Part shown: one piece after another, positions 18,413 through 27,413 of the stretch
Layout of the letters: each line of letters begins with the position of its first letter
Position numbering within the stretch: the first letter of the stretch is position 1
From: Methanomassiliicoccales archaeon
GTDB taxonomy: Archaea; Thermoplasmatota; Thermoplasmata; Methanomassiliicoccales; JACIVX01
DNA length: 64,000 nucleotides
Reading direction: 5' to 3'
Assembly (NCBI GenBank): GCA_050010535.1
Contig: JBEKKT010000001.1
Location: 1,372-65,371 of the forward strand
Notes under the pieces: model-generated
What the model saw: the letters and a program-made list of their open reading frames with translations, nothing else
What the model was told of the DNA's origin: nothing
Databases searched by the model: none
Translations under genes and position numbers: made by a program

Positions 18413-18413
18413 A

Positions 18414-19739
18414 ATGCCGACCGCAATCGAGATATTCAAGCTGCTGCCGAAGAAGAACTGCGGGGAGTGCAAATTCCCGACCTGTCTCGCGTTCGCGATG
18501 CAACTGGCGAATCAGAAGGCAAAGTTGGATGATTGTCCGCACGTCTCCGAAGAGTCAAAGGGACTCCTCGCCGCTTCCGCCGCACCCCCGATAAGGTCGG
18601 TCAGGATCGGCACTGGGGAAAACAGGTTGGAAATCGGAGACGAAACGGAACTGTACAGACACGAAAAGAAGTTCTTCCACCCAACCTGCTACGCCATCGC
18701 AGTCTCCGACAAGTCTTCCATACAAGAACGCGAGAAGAGGGTGGAAAAGGTGAACCGACTCAAGTTCGAGCGGGTCGGCCAAATCTTGAAGATAGATATG
18801 ATAGGGGTGAGGAATGATTCCGGAGATGCGAACACGTTCGCTGATGCGGTCGAGGAGGTTTCGAACCACACCGATCTGCCCCTGATACTGTTCACTAGTG
18901 ATCCAAATTCCATGAGAGCAGCTGCAGCGAAAATCGCTGTCAAGATTCCGCTCTTGCATGCTGCCACGTCATTGAATGTCGATGCGATGGCTGCCATTGC
19001 GAAGGAAATGAAGTGCCCCCTGGTCGTACGCGAGGATGGGGATCTAGACAAGCTTGTGGATCTCGCACGGAAGGTGAAGGCAATCGGTGTCGAGGACATG
19101 GTCGTCGACTTTGGACCGAAATCCCTCAAGGACCTCCTCGAGAAAAGCACCATAATCAGGAAGGTCTCTGTGAAGAAAACGTTCAGAGGACTAGGCTACC
19201 CTATAATGGTTGATGCAGGTAGCGGAGAGAAAGCTGTCCTCATGGCTATGATTTCGACAATGAAATACGGAAGCATCATTGCGTTCGACGACATCAGTCC
19301 CGCTGAGATATTACCGCTCTTTGTCCTGAGGCAGAATATCTTCACCGATCCACAGGTACCAATACTGGTGAAGCCGGATCTTTACCCCATCAACAATCCG
19401 GACGAGAATTCACCTTTGTTGTTCACTACTAACTTCTCCCTTACATACTTCACGGTCGTTGGCGACCTAGAGAAGAGCAAGATGCCCGCATGGCTGCAGG
19501 TCATCGATACGGAGGGATTGTCCGTGATGACGGCTTTTGCCGCAGGGAAGCTCACACCCGAGACCGTGGCCAAGGCGCTGGAGGCATCAGCAGCAGTCGA
19601 GAAGTCGAAACGAGGGGATATCATCGTCCCTGGGCTGCTTTCCAGGATGAGTTGGAGACTTCAAGAAATCACAGGTCTTAATACGATCATCGGACCGAAG
19701 GAGTCAAGCGCACTGCCGAAGTTCATGAAGAGCCTATAG
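18414..19739 (+). CDS. acsC: Corrinoid Fe-S protein large subunit (AcsC/CdhE)
   Basis: LPKKNCGEC..PTCLAFAM..CP Fe-S motif, LYRHEK, RQNIFTDPQ, TTNFSLTYF. Confidence 0.95.
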   Translation: MPTAIEIFKLLPKKNCGECKFPTCLAFAMQLANQKAKLDDCPHVSEESKGLLAASAAPPIRSVRIGTGENRLEIGDETELYRHEKKFFHPTCYAIAVSDKSSIQEREKRVEKVNRLKFERVGQILKIDMIGVRNDSGDANTFADAVEEVSNHTDLPLILFTSDPNSMRAAAAKIAVKIPLLHAATSLNVDAMAAIAKEMKCPLVVREDGDLDKLVDLARKVKAIGVEDMVVDFGPKSLKDLLEKSTIIRKVSVKKTFRGLGYPIMVDAGSGEKAVLMAMISTMKYGSIIAFDDISPAEILPLFVLRQNIFTDPQVPILVKPDLYPINNPDENSPLLFTTNFSLTYFTVVGDLEKSKMPAWLQVIDTEGLSVMTAFAAGKLTPETVAKALEASAAVEKSKRGDIIVPGLLSRMSWRLQEITGLNTIIGPKESSALPKFMKSL

Positions 19740-19805
19740 GTCGACTGATGTATTTGTGAAGAAATGTGAAATCGTCTTTCTCAAGCCCTGGCTCTGAATA
19801 GTTCC

Positions 19806-20147
19806 TTATGAGTAGGGCACCGTCATCAAATTGAGGACGTAGGGAACGATCATAACACAGGCAGACGCAAGGATCTGAGCCAGATGGTAATGTGAATGGT
19901 GAACTTCAATCCACGCTTTCTTGTGTTTCGATAGGTGGAAACAATCGAAAACGATAACAGTATCACTGGCAGAAGCCAGAACAGCAGCCACGAGAGAACC
20001 AGTACCCCAACGACCTCTACGGAGGTGGAAAATGGGTACCAGATCCAAAGTAGATGGTGTAATGCTGAGTATGAAGAGTATTCCGGTGCTAAGAAGCAGC
20101 CAGGTTGATCGAGAACGCTCCAATTTCGATACCACATAAGAAACCAC
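19806..20147 (-). pseudogene. Small membrane protein, apparently frameshifted
   Basis: Hydrophobic segments alternate between two overlapping frames (19806..20147 and 19850..20137). Confidence 0.4.
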
Positions 20148-20327
20148 TGGGCGGTGTTAGCGGCTCTTGCCTGTCAATTGAAGACCACAGTTGCCTTGTC
20201 CATCTTCCAGAATATCGATCTGTCTCTTGGGTAATCAACGAAGTGACCTACCCTCGCTACATGACTCTCAGCAGTCAGCTTGTCAGACTTCCAACCGACT
20301 TCTTACGAGATCTCACGTTCATGGAGA

Positions 20328-21359
20328 TCAGTGTTCATCGTGGAGCCAGTACTTCTCTCTCAAGCCTCGGGAAACCGCGAGAAGGGTCTCAAGAATCTTA
20401 CCGCTGAGGGATTCATCGACTCCTCCGAGTCCGCATTCTGGCGTGATGAGCGAGTTCCGCACCAGAATGTCCTTGTCTATTCCTTTTTCAGTTAACATCT
20501 CGAACGACGACACTGCCTGCTCAACCAGCGACCTCACGGTCTCGTCTCTCATCCCGTCCTCGTTGTTTGGAACGATCCCCCAAGCGAGAGAACCACCGCG
20601 TTTCAGAAAGCGTTCGACCTCATTCGGGTAGAGCGCGACTGTGTAGGCGTAATTATACGCGTCGAAGGAGAGGACGTCGATGTCGGTCGTCATCAGTCTC
20701 GGCCAATCGGTATTCCCGCAGCAGTGTATTGCCTTCCAGCTCTTCAATCCAGAAAGGACCTCGTTGATCCATTTGACTGCATCATCCCACGAGATGCTTG
20801 CGAATGGCGTACCTAGCAGTGATAGGCTCGGTTCGTCGATGAACATGATCGTGTTAGAGCATTTGGATCTCAGGACGTTCTCCTGCCAGCGGGCCATCAT
20901 GTTGAGGTTCTTGCGGATTATCTCATTGTACGTCTCATCGTATATCACAGGTCTTCCATCAGTGTCGAATATCTGCAATCCTGTGCTGATTGGCCCGGTC
21001 ACCTGACCCTTCACAGCTTTGACCCCGATAGGGAGGCTCCGCGAGACGAACTCGTAGAATCCGCTGAAGCTATCCTTAGGATATGAAAAATCATCCACTT
21101 TTTCGGAGACCACGCTGGTATAGAACTTCTCTGGATCGTAATCTCTTAGATCGACCGTGATCCTCTTCTTGGCAGCATCTATCCTTATGCCAGGGAGATG
21201 CGTGGAGTACTGCGCATACATGTTCTCAGTGAACCCCCTTGCGGGCAGCTGCGGCCAGAATGGCAAGAGACCGTCATGTCCTATTATCATGTCCACGGCT
21301 TTCTTAGGATCCGAATGCGGAAGTGATCCTATGCAAGTTGGAAGACAATTCCAGACCAT
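20328..21359 (-). CDS. Core folate-independent methionine synthase (MesB-like; MetE C-terminal barrel only)
   Basis: PTCIGSLPH, WPQLP, VKGQVTGP, FIDEP, HCCG, LAWGIVP, ITPECGLG; GGTGG RBS before ATG 21359. Confidence 0.8.
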   Translation of the reverse strand: MVWNCLPTCIGSLPHSDPKKAVDMIIGHDGLLPFWPQLPARGFTENMYAQYSTHLPGIRIDAAKKRITVDLRDYDPEKFYTSVVSEKVDDFSYPKDSFSGFYEFVSRSLPIGVKAVKGQVTGPISTGLQIFDTDGRPVIYDETYNEIIRKNLNMMARWQENVLRSKCSNTIMFIDEPSLSLLGTPFASISWDDAVKWINEVLSGLKSWKAIHCCGNTDWPRLMTTDIDVLSFDAYNYAYTVALYPNEVERFLKRGGSLAWGIVPNNEDGMRDETVRSLVEQAVSSFEMLTEKGIDKDILVRNSLITPECGLGGVDESLSGKILETLLAVSRGLREKYWLHDEH

Positions 21360-21468
21360 CGACCACCAGATTTTCGCTTGACCATAATAAACCTTCCTTG
21401 ACGTAGGATACGAGAAACAGGAACAGCCCTCAGTAATGAACACAGGGCAAGTGGGTCCCGAGGAAGAA

Positions 21469-23364
21469 TCAGCCACGAAGCAGTTTCTGAACGGTTGGGA
21501 ACTGTTCGACGTCTGTATGCGGCAGGAAAAGGGATGATGAGAATTCGTCGAAGAAAGCCTGTGTCGTGCTCAACTCGAAATACGTCATCGAGTCGTAGAC
21601 CGCCCTGGCCTCGACCCGTTTTTTCGCTGAAAGCAGAGTGAGACGGGCCCCCGCGAGTGCTCCGTTTCCGAGGAAGAAGAAGCGTTCGAAGGGCAAATCG
21701 GGAAGCAAACCGATGGTGATTGCTCTCTCCGTATCAATGTAGTTTCCGAATCCCCCCGCGATGTGTATTTTCTGGACATCCGAGAAGCTGAATTTCAGAC
21801 TCCTTAACAAGACATTGCAGGCGGAGTAAACCGCCCCCTTCGTCCTAATGATGTTGGCAATTTCGTCATCAGTGACAACGATGTCCTTCGCCTCCCCAGC
21901 ACCCAGAGTTGTCTCCCTGGCCCAGGCGACGACGAACTCTAGACCCTGCTTTCCCCTTCTAACTCTTGGGGTCGAGAGTTCCTGTATGCGCCCTTTTCTA
22001 TCAACAATCCCTCGCAGAAACATCTCTGCCAGGAGATCGATTAGGCCGGACCCGCAGATCCCCCTAGGCTTCACGCCACCGATCGTCGAGTACTTGACAT
22101 CGCAGCGGTCGAGTATCCTGACGCGCTCGATCGCCCCGGTCATCGCCCTCATCCCAGCCGCCACTTCGCCGCCTTCGAACGCAGGACCAGCCGAGCACGA
22201 ACAGGAGACCATCCAGTCCGAATTCCCCAGCACGATCTCCCCGTTCGTCCCAACATCGATGAGAAGCGATAGCTCCGACCGCTTGTTCATCCCCGAGGCG
22301 ATGACGCCAGCGGTTATGTCCCCTCCGACATAGCTCGACCTGCCTGGAACGCAGTAGACTGGTGCATCTGGATGAATGTCAATTCCGATGTCCTTCGCCC
22401 TGAATATCGGAGGCACATTCACCGCCGATATGTATGGCTCGTACCTGATGTATCGAGGGTCAAGTCTCAGGAACAAGTGTATCATCGTTGTGTTGCCAGA
22501 AACGGACATGCTTGTTATTTCATAACTTAATACCTTGTTCCCGGGTCCCAGGCTCTTTTCTGACTCGTCGCATGCCTGTGCAATTAGATTGTTGACAGTG
22601 TCGAGGATCATATTGTTCAGCCTCCCGAGGCCCCCCTCCTCTGCATACGTGATCCTGGAAAGGACGTCCTCGCCGTATCCAATCTGCTTGTTATAGTCGG
22701 AGGTCTGAGCTATATCTCGTCCATCTGCCAAATCTATTATGGAAAGGACGACCGTCGTGGTCCCGATGTCAAGCGCTATCCCGTAATTGCGAGACGAAGC
22801 ATCTCCTGGCCTCACGTCAATGAGCACTCTTGGCCTAGAGACCTCGTCCAGGACCGCAGTAATTTTCCAATCACTATCCCTGAGGATGCTCGGTAACGTC
22901 TTCAGTGATCTAAGAGTGCTCTTGAGTTCGCGGGCACCGAACCCCATTCCGCGGACGATTCTCTCCATGTCCCCGATGTTGTCCACCAGCGTTGGCGCAG
23001 ATAGCTCTAAGTAACGCGCGGCAGAAAGGGGTGTAAGATCATCGATATCGCCCGCGAGGTATGATGTGAGTATTTGATGGGAGGCGATCTCGGCTTCCTC
23101 CGGGATGATGACCTCCCCATCACCAGTTATCCTGGTCTTGCACGCGAGGCGATAGCCGCTCTCCCAGTCTTTCTCGCCTATGAGATGACAACGGGGCGAG
23201 TCGAACGAACCTCTGGTCAAGACACGGCACTTGCCACACGTCCCCTTCCCCCCGCAAACGCTGCTCATAAGAACGCCTGCGCTGAACGCAGCATCAAGGA
23301 TCGTCGTGCCTTCTTCGACCGTAACGGTCAGCGATTTCGGGCGAAAGGCGACGGAATACCTCAT
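21469..23364 (-). CDS. Reductive activator of corrinoid proteins (RACo/AcsV; 2Fe-2S plus ASKHA ATPase)
   Basis: CGGKGTCGKC..RLAC, DIGTTT, DVGTNGE, AGPAFEG, GICGSG. Confidence 0.92.
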   Translation of the reverse strand: MRYSVAFRPKSLTVTVEEGTTILDAAFSAGVLMSSVCGGKGTCGKCRVLTRGSFDSPRCHLIGEKDWESGYRLACKTRITGDGEVIIPEEAEIASHQILTSYLAGDIDDLTPLSAARYLELSAPTLVDNIGDMERIVRGMGFGARELKSTLRSLKTLPSILRDSDWKITAVLDEVSRPRVLIDVRPGDASSRNYGIALDIGTTTVVLSIIDLADGRDIAQTSDYNKQIGYGEDVLSRITYAEEGGLGRLNNMILDTVNNLIAQACDESEKSLGPGNKVLSYEITSMSVSGNTTMIHLFLRLDPRYIRYEPYISAVNVPPIFRAKDIGIDIHPDAPVYCVPGRSSYVGGDITAGVIASGMNKRSELSLLIDVGTNGEIVLGNSDWMVSCSCSAGPAFEGGEVAAGMRAMTGAIERVRILDRCDVKYSTIGGVKPRGICGSGLIDLLAEMFLRGIVDRKGRIQELSTPRVRRGKQGLEFVVAWARETTLGAGEAKDIVVTDDEIANIIRTKGAVYSACNVLLRSLKFSFSDVQKIHIAGGFGNYIDTERAITIGLLPDLPFERFFFLGNGALAGARLTLLSAKKRVEARAVYDSMTYFELSTTQAFFDEFSSSLFLPHTDVEQFPTVQKLLRG

Positions 23365-23602
23365 TAGGCGCAGAAAACCAATCCATGCTTATCTAACCAT
23401 CGCCAGCGGTGGGATAGATGCTGACTAGACGTTCACTGAGAACATCAGCCTGGGTTCTGAGAGGATTTAAACAGTCCCCTTGCACTAACGGATTCGAAAC
23501 ATACCAATTTTTGTAACATTATTATATATTAGCTTATCCAATTGATTCCCAAATCAGTTTCTCAAGATAAGACTGTCTAGTGCAGTAGAGGGAGGGGGGA
23601 CA

Positions 23603-24853
23603 ATGGAGCAGGTAAACCCATATCAAATGGCTGTGAAGCAAGTCCAGAGAGTTGGCAAGTTGCTGGGATTGAGCGAAGAGACAATCGAAGGGTTGAGTAG
23701 ACCACGAAGGGAACTGACGGTAAATTTCCCAGTGAGGATGGACGATGGCCATGTCCGTACGTTCACGGGCTTCAGGGTGCAACACAATCACGCCCGAGGT
23801 CCCTGCAAGGGAGGCATAAGATATCATCCGAACGTGTCGCTCGACGAGGTGCGTGCGCTTTCGATGTGGATGACCTGGAAGTGCGCTGTCATGGGCTTGC
23901 CCTATGGGGGGGCCAAGGGTGGCATAATATGCAATCCTAAGGAGATGAGCAAAGGCGAGCTCGAAAGAATGACTAGACGGTTCACGAGCGAGATCATGAC
24001 GTTCATAGGTCCCCACAAAGACATCCCTGCCCCAGACGTATACACCGATTCCCAGACCATGGCATGGATAATGGATACTTACAGCATGTCAGTCGGATAT
24101 CCGGTTCCCGGTGTCGTGACTGGCAAACCGCTGGAGATTGGAGGGTCCAAAGGTAGAGACGAAGCAACCTCAAGAGGACTGATGTATGTTGTGCAGGATG
24201 CAGCAAGGATAGAGAAGATAGACCTCAGGAAATCGACCGTAGCCGTCCAGGGCTTTGGGAATGTCGGCTGGCACGCTGCGAGGCTTCTCGCGAAGGAGGC
24301 TGGCTGCAAAGTGATCGCGGTCAGCGATTCCTCCGGCGGCATTCTGAAGACAAAAGGGTTGGATCCGCTCGAGATCTACGAGCATAAGAAAGAGACTGGA
24401 TCTGTCAAGGACTTCAAAGGTGCTGAGAACATCACTCAAGAGGATCTTCTCGAGACGGACTGTACAATCCTCGTCCCTGCCGCACTGGAGGATGTCATCC
24501 GCAAGGACAACGCACATCGCATAAAGGCCAAGATCGTGGCGGAGGGCGCGAACGGACCCACGACGCCAGAGGCTGACATAATACTCCATGAAAAGGGAAC
24601 GATGGTTATCCCCGATATCCTTGCCAATGCAGGGGGAGTAACCGTCAGCTACTTTGAGTGGGTCCAAGACTTGCAGTTCTTCTTTTGGTCGATCGAGGAG
24701 ATCAAGAAGAGACTGAAGGACCTCATGACTAGTTCATTTGCGGCAGTGCACGGAATCTCTAAAACGCAGAAAGTTGACATGAGGACCGCGGCATACATGC
24801 TGGCATTGAAAGAAGTTGTCCGTGCTGCGGACGCGAGGGGATTGTTCCCGTGA
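23603..24853 (+). CDS. gdhA: Glu/Leu/Phe/Val dehydrogenase (glutamate dehydrogenase)
   Basis: KGGIRYH, GGAKGG, DIPAPD, GFGNVG, EGANGPTT. Confidence 0.93.
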   Translation: MEQVNPYQMAVKQVQRVGKLLGLSEETIEGLSRPRRELTVNFPVRMDDGHVRTFTGFRVQHNHARGPCKGGIRYHPNVSLDEVRALSMWMTWKCAVMGLPYGGAKGGIICNPKEMSKGELERMTRRFTSEIMTFIGPHKDIPAPDVYTDSQTMAWIMDTYSMSVGYPVPGVVTGKPLEIGGSKGRDEATSRGLMYVVQDAARIEKIDLRKSTVAVQGFGNVGWHAARLLAKEAGCKVIAVSDSSGGILKTKGLDPLEIYEHKKETGSVKDFKGAENITQEDLLETDCTILVPAALEDVIRKDNAHRIKAKIVAEGANGPTTPEADIILHEKGTMVIPDILANAGGVTVSYFEWVQDLQFFFWSIEEIKKRLKDLMTSSFAAVHGISKTQKVDMRTAAYMLALKEVVRAADARGLFP

Positions 24854-24866
24854 GAAAGTGATTCGA

Positions 24867-25508
24867 ATGATGGAAGCAGTCGTGTCGCTGAACATGCCGG
24901 ACAAATGGATAAAGGAGTCGCTTCTGGAGTATCCGTCAATCGTCAAGATAATCAGCTCCAAACCGGTCGACAAGAAATCCGTGAGAGACCTGGTCGAGAT
25001 CGAAGTGGAGAGAGAAGAGGACCTCGGAAAGGTCATGGAGTCAATAAAGACGAGCCCGAACATCTTCAACGTTGACATCACTCCTATCGAGAGAGGCAAA
25101 GCTCTGGCGGTTTTTACGACCACTAAATGCATCGTGTGCAGGTTACTCGCCAATACTGACTGCTTCCTGACGTCCTCGACCTCAACGAAGGAAGGAAGGA
25201 TGCAATGGACGCTCCTCATGAGCGAAAAGGCGCCGCTCCAACAACTAATGACAAACCTGGAGAGGCACGGGGCAGGACCGAAACTCGTGAGCCTAACCGA
25301 GATCGGTGACAAGGATGCGCTGACTGCGAGACAAGAGCAGATCACCCGAATGGCGTTCGAGAGAGGATATTATGATTTTCCCAGAAGCATCGGTCTCAGG
25401 CAGCTCGCCAAGATTTTTGGCGTGTCAACGTCCACCCTGTCCGAGATTCTCAGAAAAGGACAACGGAGGATAATGACCAGATACTTCAAGGAGCACCATC
25501 AACTCTGA
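24867..25508 (+). CDS. Bat-type (HTH_10) transcriptional regulator
   Basis: C-terminal LTARQE..AFERGYYDFPR..LA..GVSTSTLSEILR. Confidence 0.85.
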   Translation: MMEAVVSLNMPDKWIKESLLEYPSIVKIISSKPVDKKSVRDLVEIEVEREEDLGKVMESIKTSPNIFNVDITPIERGKALAVFTTTKCIVCRLLANTDCFLTSSTSTKEGRMQWTLLMSEKAPLQQLMTNLERHGAGPKLVSLTEIGDKDALTARQEQITRMAFERGYYDFPRSIGLRQLAKIFGVSTSTLSEILRKGQRRIMTRYFKEHHQL

Positions 25509-25653
25509 GAGTTACGACGGAGAATATGAGAGCTGGCAGGAGAAGCCCCGTCTCCCACTTGGCTTGAAGAAGGACGCTGCTACATGAACACGGACATCCG
25601 CAGGCAAATGAATACGCACTTGGGGAAACCCGTTGATTGGGAGAAGAGACACG

Positions 25654-25830
25654 ATGCCGCCAAGAGTTGATGAGAATCGATGCACTGGGTGTGGAAAGTG
25701 TGAGGAAGTGTGTCCGGCGAGAGTGTACAGGATCATCGACAGATTGTCGAAGGTCGAAGGCGCGGAAGAATGCACGGAATGCGGTGCTTGCATGGACGAA
25801 TGCCCGTCTAAGGCAATCGAGCTGAAGTAG
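25654..25830 (+). CDS. 2x[4Fe-4S] ferredoxin
   Basis: CTGCGKCEEVCP and CTECGACMDECP. Confidence 0.88.
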   Translation: MPPRVDENRCTGCGKCEEVCPARVYRIIDRLSKVEGAEECTECGACMDECPSKAIELK

Positions 25831-26153
25831 GAAGGGAATTGGAAACCAGCCAGACTTGTCGTAATCGAGGAAGTGGCTCGAACGCTTCGCCACCATCGGT
25901 CCCATGGGCCATTTGTCACAGAGTGTGACCTTGCTGAATGCATTGATGCATCTAGGTTCGGCACCAAATGCGTTTTTGAGAGGCGGCCAAAGAGATGATC
26001 GAAGAAGAGATTCGAGTAACTGGGCCCACAACGTTCAGAATCGTCCAGTGCGACCTAACATGCAATGTCGGATGTCTTCGATTCTCGCAGTCCCTTTCAA
26101 TCACAACAGCGATGGCAGCATAAGCCAGATGTTCAAATTTGGCATGACTATTT

Positions 26154-26168
26154 CGAAAGATATAAATA
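26154..26168 (+). promoter_or_regulatory. Putative BRE/TATA promoter of alba
   Basis: CGAAAGA-TATAAATA about 45 nt upstream of the TTG start. Confidence 0.5.
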
Positions 26169-26212
26169 GCGTCCAACCTGTCAAATCAATACCGTTGCAA
26201 GGGGGCCGGTCA

Positions 26213-26485
26213 TTGGCGGACGAAAACACAGTATACATCGGAAAGAAACCGACAATGAACTACGTGCTTGCCGTCGTTACACAATTCAACAGCGGATCGA
26301 ACGACGTCATCATCAAAGCTAGGGGGAGAGCGATAAGCAGAGCTGTCGATGTCGCCGAGATTGTCAGGCACAGGTTCATTCACGACGCAGTAGTAAAGGA
26401 GATCAAGATCGAGACGGAGACTCTGAAGGGAGAGAACGGCAACACTGCTAATGTCTCTTCAATCGAAATTGTCGTAAGCAAATAG
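26213..26485 (+). CDS. albA: Chromatin protein Alba
   Basis: [29 protein letters not shown]; TTG start. Confidence 0.95.
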   Translation: MADENTVYIGKKPTMNYVLAVVTQFNSGSNDVIIKARGRAISRAVDVAEIVRHRFIHDAVVKEIKIETETLKGENGNTANVSSIEIVVSK

Positions 26486-26578
26486 CGTGGGCATAAAGGA
26501 AATAAGACCCATTGCCCATCCGCCTCTATTACGCATCGTTGCAGCTAGGCGCATGACCCGGACGCGTGTGACGAAGAC

Positions 26579-27307
26579 TTAAGTCTGGTCGCTGATCTCT
26601 CTTTCCAGGAGCTTGAGATCCTTCTCGTCGAGAGCTGAAGGATCGAGGGGCATCAACAAAATCGACTCGGCGAGCGTCACCTGGTCCTTGAGCAATTGCA
26701 AGAATCTCAATACTGACTTGAAATCATTCTGGGTGATCAAATACTCCAGACCCTCTAGAACGACAATCGTGTCTTTGTTCTCAGTCAGGAAGTTCTTGAT
26801 AAGAGTCGACAAACGAGGGAGCTCAGTAGGGGACAGGAACTCTCCGACAAACTTGCCCTCTCGGTCCGGAGACGAAGACACCTCCGCCTTCGTCAGCCAG
26901 ACCATCAGGCAGTCAATCCCATGCTTCTCCCTTATGGTTGAAGGATGCGTCCTGAGAATACAGAGCCCTTTCGCTCCTTTCTGGACCGAGGAGCGGAACA
27001 GCGCGAACGTAACATCGAGCCCTCCGTCCCTTATCAAGTAAGTGGCTCCTCTGGACAGTCTTGAGGGAATCGATGCAGCGGCTTCCTCCTCCTTGGCGGT
27101 GAAGTCCAAACCCAGCTCGCCGGAGATTCTCCTTTTCTTGGCCTGCACCTTCGAGTCTATTGAGCTCTTGTTGCTCTTTGCCAAGACCTGGATTTCCCGC
27201 GCGGTATAACCCTTGACCGTCAAAGCGATGAGCTCGTCCCATGCCTCTTTCAGACCTTCCTCATAGCCCTTTAGGTAGCCCTTAGCATAAGACTCCTCTT
27301 CTGACAC
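26579..27307 (-). CDS. DUF835 domain protein
   Basis: GLCILRTHP, VWLTK, PTEL, VVLEGLEYLITQNDF; N-terminal KGYxxGY helix; GTG start with GAGGG RBS. Confidence 0.8.
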   Translation of the reverse strand: MSEEESYAKGYLKGYEEGLKEAWDELIALTVKGYTAREIQVLAKSNKSSIDSKVQAKKRRISGELGLDFTAKEEEAAASIPSRLSRGATYLIRDGGLDVTFALFRSSVQKGAKGLCILRTHPSTIREKHGIDCLMVWLTKAEVSSSPDREGKFVGEFLSPTELPRLSTLIKNFLTENKDTIVVLEGLEYLITQNDFKSVLRFLQLLKDQVTLAESILLMPLDPSALDEKDLKLLEREISDQT

Positions 27308-27413
27308 CGCATCCCTCAGTGTTAAATGAACCGCGTACCTGGTTAAATTCTTTTGCAGGCACGCGACCACGGAACCAAAGCTTTTTATCGAGACCGAGTT
27401 CCTAGGGTGCGTC

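Noticed and set aside
25828-26000. Open frame continuing past the ferredoxin TAG (possible Pyl read-through)
   Set aside because: The ferredoxin is complete at the TAG, the extension has no motif, and TAG is a common stop in this window.
25904-26212. 103-aa N-terminal extension of Alba
   Set aside because: A TATA box and a TTG start at 26213 give a normal 90-aa Alba.
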